In this document: one piece after another, positions 1-10,912 of the stretch
Numbering within the stretch: position 1 is the stretch's first letter
Layout: each line of letters begins with the position of its first letter
Assembly (NCBI GenBank): GCA_031409275.1
Contig: JANNXA010000051.1
Location: 160,001 to 224,000 of the forward strand
Length of the DNA stretch: 64,000 nucleotides
From: Planctomycetota bacterium
GTDB lineage: Bacteria > Planctomycetota > B15-G4 > SIAN01
Reading direction: 5' to 3'
Translations under genes and position numbers: made by a program
The notes under the pieces: generated by a model
What the model saw: the letters and a program-made list of their open reading frames with translations, nothing else
Told to the model about the DNA's origin: nothing
Databases searched by the model: none

Positions 1-138
1 GAGGTCCATGACGTGCTGATCGAGAACGAGGCGCTCTCGGCCGAGAACCCGGTGCGCACGGTCGAGGAGCTGATGAAGCAGGCGGAGTCGGGCAGCTCGA
101 CGTCGAACGCCAACGTCGACGCTTTCCTGAACGGATGA
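1..138 (+). CDS. 3' end of a hypothetical protein (partial)
   Basis: Frame 1 is open from base 1 (EVHDVLIENE...NVDAFLNG*) with high-GC codon usage; its TGA overlaps the next ATG (ATGA at 135-138). Confidence 0.7.
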   Translation, partial: EVHDVLIENEALSAENPVRTVEELMKQAESGSSTSNANVDAFLNG

Positions 139-887
139 ACGTCCGCCGCGATCGAGTCTTCTCCGCGTCGAACTCCGGGAGGATCGCGCTCGCCCTTGCG
201 CTGTTTGCAGGGGCGGGATGCGACGACCCCGCCGGTCGCCGCAGCTCGTCGCCGCGCGCGCCGACGAAAGCGCCGGTTCCTGCCAGGTCGAGCTGGTCCA
301 CCGACGAGATGGCCGCCGACCCGGAGGGCTACCTCGCCTGGGCCGACGCGCAGCTTGAACAGCAGACGGCGACGCGTCGCACGCGCATCGACGCGGTGGC
401 GGCGCGCCGCGCGGAGCTCGAGCAACGGCGCGACGGTTTCGGCACCAACCTCTCCGACCTGCGCAACGTCGAGAAGCGGCTCGGCGATGCCCTTCGCAAG
501 GCAGAGGACGAGGATCGCTTCCCGCTGCGCATGGGCGGACGCACGTTCGAGCGCGCCAAGGCGAAGTCGATCCTCGCGGAGCTCGCGCGCCTGCTCGAAG
601 AGCGCGGGCCGTTGCTGGCGACCTACGACGATGGGATCACGCGGCTCCGTGCAATCGAGGCGTCGCTGAAAAGCGACGTCGAGCGGCTCACGGCTCTGCG
701 CGACAAGCTTTCCGTCGACCTCGAGCAGGTGCGCGTGAGCCACGGTGTCGCCGAACTCGAGCAGCTGCGATCGACCGAATCGGAGATCGCCCACTACGCC
801 AAGATCCTGGGTTCGCTGGCCGAGGAGTCCTCCGGGTCGTTGCCGGCGGCTCCCCCGCCGATCGACCTCGACCAATTGCTGGAGTGA
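135..887 (+). CDS. Coiled-coil protein, probable lipoprotein (PspA/IM30-like architecture)
   Basis: Hydrophobic stretch ending in AGAGC (lipobox-like), followed by long E/R/L-rich helical heptads; coupled to the upstream gene. Confidence 0.65.
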   Translation: MNVRRDRVFSASNSGRIALALALFAGAGCDDPAGRRSSSPRAPTKAPVPARSSWSTDEMAADPEGYLAWADAQLEQQTATRRTRIDAVAARRAELEQRRDGFGTNLSDLRNVEKRLGDALRKAEDEDRFPLRMGGRTFERAKAKSILAELARLLEERGPLLATYDDGITRLRAIEASLKSDVERLTALRDKLSVDLEQVRVSHGVAELEQLRSTESEIAHYAKILGSLAEESSGSLPAAPPPIDLDQLLE

Positions 888-891
888 TGCC

Positions 892-2511
892 GTGAGCAAC
901 TTCGTGTCGCGGGCGCGCGCTCTCTTCTGCGCCGCCCTGGCCCTGCTCGTCGTGAACGGCGCCGCGCATGCGCAAGGCGACGGGATCAAGAACCTCGCCG
1001 CCGACGCGGAGCTGGTCGAGACGCGCACGGAAGTGCCGCGCCTCCTGCCCGCGGCACCCTACGAGATGAAGGATGGCGTCGTCGCCATCGAGCTCTCGGA
1101 GTACGCCGGCTATGCCGGACTGATCGCGGCGAACGGCGGGCTCGCGCCCAACCCGGAGTCGTGGTTCGCGAAGAAGCACGGCTTCCAGCTCCAGATCACG
1201 CTCTCCGAAGAGGAGAGCTGGTCGTCGCTGAACAGCGGCCGCATCGCCGCCTCGGCCACCACCGCGGATGTCCTCGCCGTCTACGGGCGCCAGTTCCAGG
1301 TCGTGGTGCCGGCGCAGATCGGCTTCTCGCGCGGCGCGGACGGCATCGTCGTTCGCAGCGACATCAAGCGCATCAACCAACTCAAGGGCAAGACGCTCGC
1401 GACCGCGCAGTTCACCGAAGCGGACTTCTTCCTGCGCTACCTCGCGCAGGAAGCGGGCCTCGGCGTGGCGATGCTGCCGGACCTCGCCGCAAAGCCAGAC
1501 CCCGAGAAGATCAACCTCGTCTACTGCGCGGACGCGTTTGGCGCCGGCGACCTGTTCCAGCGCGACTTGAAGGCGGGCCGCAACCGCCTGGCCGGCTGCA
1601 TCACCTGGGCGCCGAAGACGACCGACGTCGTCGACGCCTGCGAAGGCAAGGCGACGCTGCTGATCACCAACCGCAACCTCCTCGTCGTCGCGGACGTGCT
1701 GCTAGTCAACAGAGGTTTCGCGCAGGCGCATCCCGAGGTGGTGACGGGGCTCGTCGACGGGCTGCTCGAAGGCAATCGCCGCGTTCGCGAGTCGCCCGAC
1801 GCCTACGCGGGACTGCTGGAGAAGGCGTTCGGCTGGGAGAAAGGGGAGGCGCGCGGCGAGCTCGCCAAGGTCCACCTCTCGAACCTGCCGGAGAGCTTCG
1901 CCTTCTTCTCGGGAGCGATCGACGCGGCCGGGAGCTTCGGCGGCATCTATCAGTCGGCCGTCTACGCCTACGGCGCGGAGCTCATCAAGAACCCGACGGA
2001 CGCCGATCGCTTCGTCGACTTGAAGGCGCTGAAGGCGGCGGAGGCGGGCGGCGCCTACGCCGGCCAGAAGATCGCCATCGCGCCGATCCAGACCGGAAGC
2101 GGCCCCTCGGTCGAAGGCGATCCGCTCCTCACCAAGGACATCCGCTTCCTCTTCGAGCCGAACTCCGCGACGCTCGACCAGAAGAACCAGAAGAACCTCG
2201 ACGACCTCGCCGCGATCGCGCGTCTGCTGCAGGTGAGCCCCGGCTCGACCGTGCTCCTGCGCGGCCATGTCGACAACGCGATGATCGGCGAGTTCCGCAA
2301 GCAGGGGGGCGAGACGTTCGTGCGCCAGATGGCGCTGAAGGCGATGGAGCTCAGCAAGAATCGCGCGAACGAGATCCGCCGGCTGCTGGCCGAGCGCCAT
2401 CAGATCGACGTTTCGCGCATCGAGACCGTCGGGCGCGGTTGGGACGAGCCGAGCAGCAAGGAGAGCGAGCAGAACCGCCGCGTCGAAGTGCAGTGGTTCA
2501 CCATCGAATGA
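892..2511 (+). CDS. NMT1/SsuA-type periplasmic substrate-binding domain fused to a C-terminal OmpA-like domain
   Basis: GTG at 892 is in frame and followed by a signal peptide (AAHA-QG). SRGADGIVVRSDIKRINQLKGKT is typical of SsuA/NMT1 binding proteins. OmpA motifs: GHVD, LSKNRA, GRGWDEP, NRRVEV. Confidence 0.85.
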   Translation: MSNFVSRARALFCAALALLVVNGAAHAQGDGIKNLAADAELVETRTEVPRLLPAAPYEMKDGVVAIELSEYAGYAGLIAANGGLAPNPESWFAKKHGFQLQITLSEEESWSSLNSGRIAASATTADVLAVYGRQFQVVVPAQIGFSRGADGIVVRSDIKRINQLKGKTLATAQFTEADFFLRYLAQEAGLGVAMLPDLAAKPDPEKINLVYCADAFGAGDLFQRDLKAGRNRLAGCITWAPKTTDVVDACEGKATLLITNRNLLVVADVLLVNRGFAQAHPEVVTGLVDGLLEGNRRVRESPDAYAGLLEKAFGWEKGEARGELAKVHLSNLPESFAFFSGAIDAAGSFGGIYQSAVYAYGAELIKNPTDADRFVDLKALKAAEAGGAYAGQKIAIAPIQTGSGPSVEGDPLLTKDIRFLFEPNSATLDQKNQKNLDDLAAIARLLQVSPGSTVLLRGHVDNAMIGEFRKQGGETFVRQMALKAMELSKNRANEIRRLLAERHQIDVSRIETVGRGWDEPSSKESEQNRRVEVQWFTIE

Positions 2512-2521
2512 GGAGGCGCGA

Positions 2522-3756
2522 ATGAGCGATCGTGCCACCCCGCCGACCGCGCGCCTCTACCGGGACGATTCGCATCTCCTGGCGTTCGAAGCGAAGGTAA
2601 TCGCGACGCGGATCGACGGCGATCGCGCGGCGGTTGAGCTCGACCGCACTGCCTTCTATCCCACCGGCGGTGGACAGCCCCACGACCTCGGCACGCTCGG
2701 CGCATGGAAGGTCGAGGAGGTCGCGACCACGGACGACGATCGCGTGGTGCACTTCCTCGCTCGCCGTGACGATGGGCCACGGCTGCCCGAGGTCGGCGCG
2801 ACGCTCGCCGGCGCCATCGACGCCGCGCGTCGGCGCGACCACCTGCAGCAGCACACGGGGCAGCACCTCCTGTCGCAAGCGCTGGTGCGCGTCGGCGCGA
2901 TCGACACCAGCAGTTTTCACCTCGGCCCGACCAGCGCGACGATCGACGTCGACGCGAAGCTCACCGAGGAGACGCTCGAACGCGCGGTCGCGCTCACCAA
3001 CGAGGTGATCTACGACGACCGGCCGCTGCGGATCCATGAGGTCGGCGTCGACGAGCTCGCCCGCTTCGCGATCCGCCGCCAGACGTTCCACGGCGCGCGC
3101 ATCCGGCTGATCGAGGTCGAGGACTTCGATGTCTCGACGTGCGGCGGCACCCACGCCAAGCGCACCGGCGAGGTCGGCATCGTCGCGGCGCTCGGCATCG
3201 AGAAGACCAAGGGGATCAAGCGGGTCGAGTTCGTCTGCGGCGGCCGCGCGCAACGCGCGTTCGCGGCCACTCGCGCGACGCTGCTCGACGCGGCGCGCGC
3301 GCTGTCGACGGCACCCGACCAGCTCGCCGATGCGGTGCGCCGCCTTGCCGCCGCGGAGGCCTCCGCGCGCAAGCGAGCGCGTCTCCTCTTCGAGGCGGCG
3401 CTGCCGGCCGCTGCCGAGGCACTGCGGGCGCTGGCGACCGCCGCAGGGCCGTGGCGTTTCGCCGCCGCCCGCCGCGACGATCTTTCGATCGACGAAGCGC
3501 AAACGCTGGTACGTGCCGCGATCGAGGCGAACGGCTACGTCATCGCGTTGACCGTCGGCGAGGGCAGCGGCGCCAAGCTGCTGCTGGCGCGCTCGCGTGA
3601 CGTGGAGTGCTCCATGGGAGAGATCGTGAAGTCGCTCGCCTCACGATTCGCGTTGCGCGGCGGCGGCTCCCCGCAACAGGCGCAAGCTGCGCTCCCGGCC
3701 GCCACCGACATCGATCCGGTCTTCGCGGCGCTGCGCGAACTCCTCGGAACCCGCTG

Positions 3757-3757
<1 letters not shown>
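2522..3757 (+). CDS. Alanyl-tRNA editing protein (AlaX-L type with DHHA1 domain)
   Basis: TAFYPTGGGQPHD, HTGQH (HxxxH), CGGTH and C-terminal RGGG motifs; SD GAGGAGG upstream. Confidence 0.9.
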
Positions 3758-4508
<751 letters not shown>

Positions 4509-4512
<4 letters not shown>

Positions 4513-5858
4513 ACCTCCTCCGCCACGCACTCGCCATCGCCAGGAAGGACCTGCGGGTCTACTTCCGCGACCGCACCGGCATGGCGCTCGGATTCCTGCT
4601 GCCGCTGGTGCTCGTCGCCGTGTTCGGCTTCATGATGAAGCTGTTCGTCGGCCAGGGCGACGCCTTCTCGCGCGCCACGCTCTGGGTCACCGATCAGGAC
4701 CGCAGCGACGCCAGCCGCGACTTCCTCGCGGCACTGCGTCAGGCGGAAACGCTGAAGGTGCGCCCCGCTGCGGACGAGTCGCCGGTCGACGAGACGAAGC
4801 TGCGCCAGGACCTCACGGACGGCGAGCTGCACCACGCGCTGCTGATCCCCGCGGGCTTCGGCGCGAAGATCGCCGCGCACGAGCTGCCTGAACTGCGGCT
4901 GCTGCGCGATCCCGATCGCGCCATCGAAGAGCAGCTGATCAGCATCGGGGTGATGCAGGCGGCGATCGGCACGCTCGGCCCCGACTTCGCCGACGCCCTC
5001 ACCACTCGCATGCTCGAACGCGCCGGGATTCCGGCCGAGTGGCGCACGCGAACCCAGGCGCTCGCGAAAGGGTTCGCCGGTTCGGTGCGCCTGCTCTTCG
5101 AGGAGCGCGATGCGGCCGAACGCGGCGCGGAGCAACCGGCCGAGGAACCCGAAGCGAAGCTCGGAGTGAACGACTTCCTCGGCCAGGTCGTGCCGATCGT
5201 CCACGAGGACTTCCGCCCTCCGGAGCGGCCCAAGCAGATGACCTACATGCTGGCCCACAGCGTGTCGGGCATCGGCGTGATGATGCTGATGTTCGGCCTC
5301 GTTGCGTGCGCGTCGCAGCTGCTGCGCGAGCGCGAAAGCGGGACGCTGCCGAGGCTGCTGGCGGCCCCGATGCCGCGCGGCGCGATCCTGTGGGGCAAGT
5401 ATCTCTTTGCGCTGGCCATCGGCGCGTTGCAGCTCGTGCTGCTATTCGGCTTCGGCGCGATCGTCTTCCAGCTCGACGTGCTGCGCGCGCCGGTCGCCTT
5501 CCTCGTCGTCTGCCTCGCGGTGCTCCTCGCCGTCACTTCCTTCGGGATGCTGATCGCCGCGTGGGCCGCTACCACCAAGCAGGCCGAGGGGCTGTCGACG
5601 TTGGTGATCCTGGTGATGTCCGCCGTCGGCGGCGCCTGGTTCCCGCTGCAGGCGTTCGACCCGCCGATGCCGGTGCAGATCGCCATGCGCTGCACGTTGA
5701 CCCACTGGGCGATCAGTTCCTACCAGGCGCTCTTCTGGTACGGACAGGACCTGAGCAACGGCTCGTTGCAGCTTTCGCTGTCGGTTCTGCTCGGGTTCAC
5801 GGTCGTGGCGACGATCACCGCCCGCTGGCTGTTCGAGCGGCGCTACGTCGGGCGCTAG
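4509..5858 (+). CDS. ABC-2 type exporter permease
   Basis: N-terminal TM, large extracytoplasmic loop, ERESGTLPRLLAAP motif, several C-terminal TMs; ATGA overlap with the ATPase. Confidence 0.92.
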
Positions 5859-5868
5859 CGGACGCCCG

Positions 5869-6564
5869 TCACCGCACGTCGAGTTCCGAGATCAACGCGG
5901 CGAGCTCCGCCAGCACCATCGCCGTCGCCCCCCACACCTCGTCACCGGTGTGCGTGAAGTAGGGAATGACGGCCGGTTCCTGCTCGGCTCCGAGACGCGC
6001 GACCGACCGCTCGCGTCGGCCAGCCGGATCAAGCAGCGCGCGCAGCGGCCACTCGATCAGCAGCTCGACCTCCTGCGGCGCCAGTCGCCAGTTCGGCCGC
6101 ACCGCCGACGTGGCGACGAACGGCTCGATGCGAAAGCCGCTGACCGGGATGAAGACCGGCGTCAAGCGGCCATGCACCCGCGCGGCACCCGGATCGAGGC
6201 CGACCTCCTCATGCGCTTCGCGCAGCGCCGCCGCGAGCGCGCTTTCGCCTGGTTCCACGACTCCGCCCGGCAAGCAGACCTGCCCCTTGTGCGCCGCGAC
6301 GGAATCGGTGCGCCGCGTGAGCGCCAGCAGCGGCTCGCCACGCGCGATGCCGGCGGACGGATCCCCATCCGCCGGAAAGAGCAGCGCGAGCACGGCGGCC
6401 GGGATCGGGTGGTCAGGATCGCACCCGGGCGCCGGGCGCCGTCGCGGACGCGGTGCCATCACCAACTGTGCCGCCGCGCCAGGCAGCGGCGCCGACAGAC
6501 GACGCTCCAGAGCTGCGACGAAGCGCTCGAATGACGGGAAGGAGGTGGCGCTCTCGAGGCTCAC
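5869..6564 (-). CDS. Nudix hydrolase, CoA pyrophosphatase family
   Basis: LTRR..HKGQVCLPGG plus Nudix box GGVVEPGESALAAALREAHEEVGL, and VWGATA. Start uncertain (GTG 6564 or TTG 6609). Confidence 0.9.
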   Translation of the reverse strand: MSLESATSFPSFERFVAALERRLSAPLPGAAAQLVMAPRPRRRPAPGCDPDHPIPAAVLALLFPADGDPSAGIARGEPLLALTRRTDSVAAHKGQVCLPGGVVEPGESALAAALREAHEEVGLDPGAARVHGRLTPVFIPVSGFRIEPFVATSAVRPNWRLAPQEVELLIEWPLRALLDPAGRRERSVARLGAEQEPAVIPYFTHTGDEVWGATAMVLAELAALISELDVR

Positions 6565-6617
6565 CGGCGTGATCGTACGGCGTCGGCGCAGCAACCGCTT
6601 GTGCGACAATCGCGAGC

Positions 6618-9600
6618 ATGCGATCGCGCACCACGCTTCGACTCGGGCACCTGCTCTTCGCCACCCTCATGCCTGCTGGCGAATCGGACACCCCGCCGCG
6701 CCCTCTCTTCGCGGCGACCTACTACACCTGGTCGCGTTGGCCCGATCGCCATCTCGGCAAGGCCGACACTGCGCTGCCACTCCACGTGACGGCGCCCGCG
6801 GCGGCCGATCCGACGCAAGCCGCCTGGCATGAGCGCGAACTCGACGACGCGGCGGCCGCCGGCATCGACGCCCTGCTGATCGCCAACGTGCCGGCACCGA
6901 CCCCATTCGATTCCGTGCTCGCGGCCCTCTCCCGGGCACTCGAGCGGCGCTCGGCAGCTGGCGCGACTCCGGTGCGTGTCGGACTGCTGATCGATCCGTT
7001 CTTCGTCGCGGTCGAGCAGGCCGGCGGCGAAACGGCCGTCAAACTGGATCCGCTCGACCTGCGCGACGCAGCGACCCGCGCGGCCTTCCTGGCGCCGCTC
7101 GATGCGTTCTGCGCTGCCATCGCGCCGCCGTTTCGAGCCACGCTCGAAGAGCGGTTGCTGGTGGTGGTCGGCAACGACGCGCTGGTGGGAACGGTCCCGC
7201 CCGACTTCTTCGACGCGATCGAGCAGGTGGGGCCGGAGCGCTTCGGCACGACTCCCCTCTTCGTGATCGAGCAGTCGTGGGGGCTCGCCGAGCGACCCCA
7301 GTGGCGCCGGCGTGCGACGCTCGCCGGGCTCCAGCAGACCGGCGCGGTGGCGACGCTTGGACCGGGATTCCTCGATGCCGAAGCGGCACGAGGGCTGATC
7401 CGGCCGCTCGCGAGTCGCGCCCAGTTCCTCGCCGATGCGGCGCCGCTGCTGCGCGTGCCGCGATCGCCACTCGACCTGCTGCTCCTCGACTCGTGGAACC
7501 AGCTCGACGACGGCAGCGCGCTTGCGCCGACGCTCGAATCGGGCACGCGCTACGTCGGCGCGCTGCGGGAGCTGCGCGAGGCGTGGTCAGCGCCGTCCGC
7601 GCCGCCCTTCGCGGTTGCGACCCCCAACGCGCCGCTGCTTGCTCACAGCTTTGCCGCTGATCGCGACCTCGTGTTGCGCGATGCCGTCGACTGGAGCGCC
7701 GACGGCGCCGGGCGCGGAATCGTGCTTCGCGCCATCGAGCCCGATGCGGCCGCGGCGGCAGCTCGATTCGAGGAGCCGTTTGGCGGTCGCGCTCGACTCG
7801 CCTTGCCGGCGGGTGGCCATCTTCGATTCGAGCTCGCCGCGCCCTTCCGATCGAGCGCCCCGAACGACTACGAGCTGACGCTCGAATTCGAGACGCTCAG
7901 CGCGGCCGACCCGGCGGCTCCCTTCGAAGTCGCGGTCGGCGGTCGCGAGGCGACGCCGGTCGAACGCGGCGGCCCTCGCTCGATCGCCGGCTGGGTGACG
8001 CGCGACGCTCCGACCTTCGAGCTGATCGCCACGGCGCCGTGCGCGCTCCGAAGTCTCCGATGGAGGCGCCGCGAGGCGACGGTCCCGACCACCGCCGTCG
8101 GCATTGACCTCCCGACTCTGTTGACCCGCCTGCCTCGCGACGCATCGGAACGCGCCAACGTGACCGGCCGCCTCGCTGTCGCTCGCGATCTTGGAGCGCG
8201 CTGGTTGCGCGTCGAAGTGCCGTGGGCCTCGCTCGAACCCACTGCCGGCGCGCGGGACTTCAGCGCACTCGTCGAGCTGCTGACGATGATCCGCTCCGTC
8301 GGGCTCGAACCGATCGTGGCACTGACGCGTCCACCGAACGACGCATCGCCACTCCCCGCCCACTCCAGTCGTGCCGCTGACTTCGTCGCGGCGCTGCTGA
8401 CCGCGTGCGGCGACCGCCTTCAGCTCCTCGAGCTTTTCCCACGTGGCAACGTCCCTGGCGCCATCGATCGCGCGCCCGATCTCGCCGGTCAGATGCGTGT
8501 GATGCGCGAGATCGCGGCGCGCATGCACAGCGACTTCCCCCACATCGCCATCGCGCTCGGAGCCATCGCCGGCAACGCCCCGGATTGGTGGAGCTCCATC
8601 CACGGCCTGCGCGAGCCCTACAGCTACGACCTCGCCGCGCTGGAGGTCGACGCCAGTCTCGGGCGGCGCGGGAGCGCCACCTTCGAACGCTCGCTCCAGA
8701 AGCTGGTCGCAGCGGCGCGCCAGGACGAGCCGGACCGCCGTTGGATCGTCTCCGTCGACCGCGAGCCGCCACCCATCGAGGCTGCTGACGACGTCGCGAG
8801 CGCCTACGCGTCGCGCGCGATCGCCGCGGGCCTCGAGGCGAGCGGCCACTCCAGCGACTTGCTCCATCTGCTCGATTCCGGGGAGCTGCCGCGCGTCGAC
8901 GGCGTCGCCATGAAACGCGCGAAGCGCTGGCTCGAAGCGACCGGCCGACCCGTCGTCGTGCAGTCGCTGCGGGAGCTCCTGACCGAGTTGCGCAACGACA
9001 CGGCGCGTTGCTGCGTCCTTGCGAGCGGAGAGTGGCTGCCGTGCGAACTGATGGAGGCGCTGCCGGAGTGGCTCGATCGCGGCGGCCTGCTGATCACGCT
9101 TGGAGGCGTGCCCGGCGGGCGTTCGGCGCGCCGTCGCGAAGACGGCAGCTTCGACGAGGAGGGCAGCGCGCTGGCGCCCGGATGGCGCGAAGCTCTGGGC
9201 ATCGCGCGCCTGCGAGCGCGACCCGCGATGGCGGCGAAACTCACCGCGACCACTCTCGCTGCCGGCGTCACGTTTCCAGGTCTGCTCGACGGTCTCGACG
9301 CGAAAACGCCGCCGCCCTTCGCGGCGTGGTTCGAACGCCGAACGGGACAACCGCGCGATCCGCGCAGCCACCATCGCTACGACGAGCTGATCCGACGCAT
9401 CGATGGCGAAGGCAACGCGCTCGGTGATGGGGCTGCGCTGCTTCGGTATGCGGGCGGACGAGCCGGATCCCTCTTGATGGTCGGTCTTGCCGACGGAGGC
9501 GGCGAACTCGACGACGCCGCGGCCGCACTCGCGCTGCGACACGACCTCGCGGCGGCGCGGCGGAGCGCCGGCGAGACGGGAACCGCGATCGTCTTGTGGC

Positions 9601-9686
9601 GACTCGGCGTGCTCGAGGAACTCGACGCGGCCACGATGGCGGCGGCCGCGTTTCGAGACTTCGCCGCCGAGATCGCCGAGAAATAG
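6618..9686 (+). CDS. Large exported multi-domain glycoside-hydrolase-like protein (GH99/GH71-like + GH39/GH5-like + GH42-trimerisation-like)
   Basis: First module: YYTW, WHERELDDAAAAGIDALL, DSWNQLDDGS. Second module: DLGARWLRVEVPWASLEP. C-terminal: LPEWLDRGGLLITLGG. Confidence 0.6.
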   Translation: MRSRTTLRLGHLLFATLMPAGESDTPPRPLFAATYYTWSRWPDRHLGKADTALPLHVTAPAAADPTQAAWHERELDDAAAAGIDALLIANVPAPTPFDSVLAALSRALERRSAAGATPVRVGLLIDPFFVAVEQAGGETAVKLDPLDLRDAATRAAFLAPLDAFCAAIAPPFRATLEERLLVVVGNDALVGTVPPDFFDAIEQVGPERFGTTPLFVIEQSWGLAERPQWRRRATLAGLQQTGAVATLGPGFLDAEAARGLIRPLASRAQFLADAAPLLRVPRSPLDLLLLDSWNQLDDGSALAPTLESGTRYVGALRELREAWSAPSAPPFAVATPNAPLLAHSFAADRDLVLRDAVDWSADGAGRGIVLRAIEPDAAAAAARFEEPFGGRARLALPAGGHLRFELAAPFRSSAPNDYELTLEFETLSAADPAAPFEVAVGGREATPVERGGPRSIAGWVTRDAPTFELIATAPCALRSLRWRRREATVPTTAVGIDLPTLLTRLPRDASERANVTGRLAVARDLGARWLRVEVPWASLEPTAGARDFSALVELLTMIRSVGLEPIVALTRPPNDASPLPAHSSRAADFVAALLTACGDRLQLLELFPRGNVPGAIDRAPDLAGQMRVMREIAARMHSDFPHIAIALGAIAGNAPDWWSSIHGLREPYSYDLAALEVDASLGRRGSATFERSLQKLVAAARQDEPDRRWIVSVDREPPPIEAADDVASAYASRAIAAGLEASGHSSDLLHLLDSGELPRVDGVAMKRAKRWLEATGRPVVVQSLRELLTELRNDTARCCVLASGEWLPCELMEALPEWLDRGGLLITLGGVPGGRSARRREDGSFDEEGSALAPGWREALGIARLRARPAMAAKLTATTLAAGVTFPGLLDGLDAKTPPPFAAWFERRTGQPRDPRSHHRYDELIRRIDGEGNALGDGAALLRYAGGRAGSLLMVGLADGGGELDDAAAALALRHDLAAARRSAGETGTAIVLWRLGVLEELDAATMAAAAFRDFAAEIAEK

Positions 9687-9688
9687 CG

Positions 9689-9710
9689 AAGGGAGCCGAA
9701 AGGCTCCCTT
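9689..9710. terminator. Perfect hairpin, probable terminator
   Basis: AAGGGAGCC-GAAA-GGCTCCCTT directly after the TAG at 9686. Confidence 0.7.
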
Positions 9711-9914
9711 GTGCTATGCCTTAATGCCCCACTCTGATTTACCTAGCGACTAAGGCAAGTCGCTCCGTTTGGTTTCGTTGGCGTTTCCTACGCTGCCCAC
9801 CGGCGGTTCGTTCACCGGTGGCGATCCTCCGATTTCAGCGATCGTCGCGACCTCCTACGCGCTCGATGCTCCGCTGTTGGAGCGCGCCCTTTTCTTTTCG
9901 AGGCGAGTGCTTCG

Positions 9915-10790
9915 TTGCGAGCCGTTCGAACCAGTCGAGGTTGGAAACGGTGCCGTGCAGCGGCGTCCCTGACTACGTCGCGACGCCGCCGCGGTTCCGT
10001 CAGTGCCGCTGCCGCGCTGTCGTATCGCCCGCGTCTCGTGGCGTTGCTGTTGGTCCTGGCCATGGCGGCGAACTGCCGCAGCGGACCGACGCCGCCACTT
10101 GGCTGGAGCGGATCCTTCGACGTCGCCGCGGTACGCGAGTTCGTGCGCCGCGCACCTGGAGTTGAAGCCGCGCTGACGCCACCGACCACGCTCGTCACTC
10201 GAACGCGCGCGCTCCTCTACCCGGCGGCACCGCAGCCACCGGTCGAGGCGCGCTTCACGCTCTGGCTGCGCGGCGAGCTGCAGGAGCGGCGCGAGGTCGT
10301 GACGGCAGCTCCGCTCGACCGCACCGTGCTGCAGGTGATCGACGGCGAGCGCTTCCTCGAGCTCGAGCAAGGAGTGCCGACACGGCGCGACCTGCGCGAC
10401 GAGATTCGCGCCCATCGCCGCTATCGACGGTTGCTGATCGACCTCCTCGACGCCGCGGGCGCGCCCGTCACGCTCGTCTCCCCCACCGGCAGCGACCCTC
10501 GTCGCACCATCGTGCTGGAGCAGAACGACCTCGATGGCGCCTGCTGGCAGCTCTGGATCGACGCCAGCAGCGGCCTGATGCAACGCATCCGCCGGCTCAC
10601 GCGCGACCGCGACGGGGATCACGTCGATGAGGATGTTTTCGACAACCACGCCCGCTTCGGCGCCCGGGTGCTCCCGCGCCACCAGGTGACGTGGCGCGAC
10701 GGTCGCCGGGTGATGGAGTCGTGGTTGCTCGAGCGGCTGGAAGACGAGCCGCTCGCCGACGACTGGTTCGCGCTGCCCGAGGGCAGCTGA
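9915..10790 (+). CDS. Hypothetical exported protein or lipoprotein (start uncertain)
   Basis: Hydrophobic LVALLLVLAMAANC segment, a beta-rich LolA-like-looking C-terminus (LWIDASSGL..LPRHQVTWRDG), coding-like codon usage. Confidence 0.6.
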   Translation: MRAVRTSRGWKRCRAAASLTTSRRRRGSVSAAAALSYRPRLVALLLVLAMAANCRSGPTPPLGWSGSFDVAAVREFVRRAPGVEAALTPPTTLVTRTRALLYPAAPQPPVEARFTLWLRGELQERREVVTAAPLDRTVLQVIDGERFLELEQGVPTRRDLRDEIRAHRRYRRLLIDLLDAAGAPVTLVSPTGSDPRRTIVLEQNDLDGACWQLWIDASSGLMQRIRRLTRDRDGDHVDEDVFDNHARFGARVLPRHQVTWRDGRRVMESWLLERLEDEPLADDWFALPEGS

Positions 10791-10912
10791 GCCGCCTCCG
10801 CCCCGGAACCGCTTTCCGAATCGAGCGAACGGGCGCCGACTTCAGTGGCCGCCACGGTGGCCGATAGGCAGACCCGAGGCACCGCATCCTGAAGGAGGAG
10901 ACGGAGCCGCGT

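Noticed and set aside
9689..9764. Pistol or hammerhead ribozyme assignment for the pseudoknot
   Set aside because: Topology is loosely pistol-like, but the GU cleavage junction is missing and there is no hammerhead CUGANGA core; kept only as an unclassified RNA candidate.
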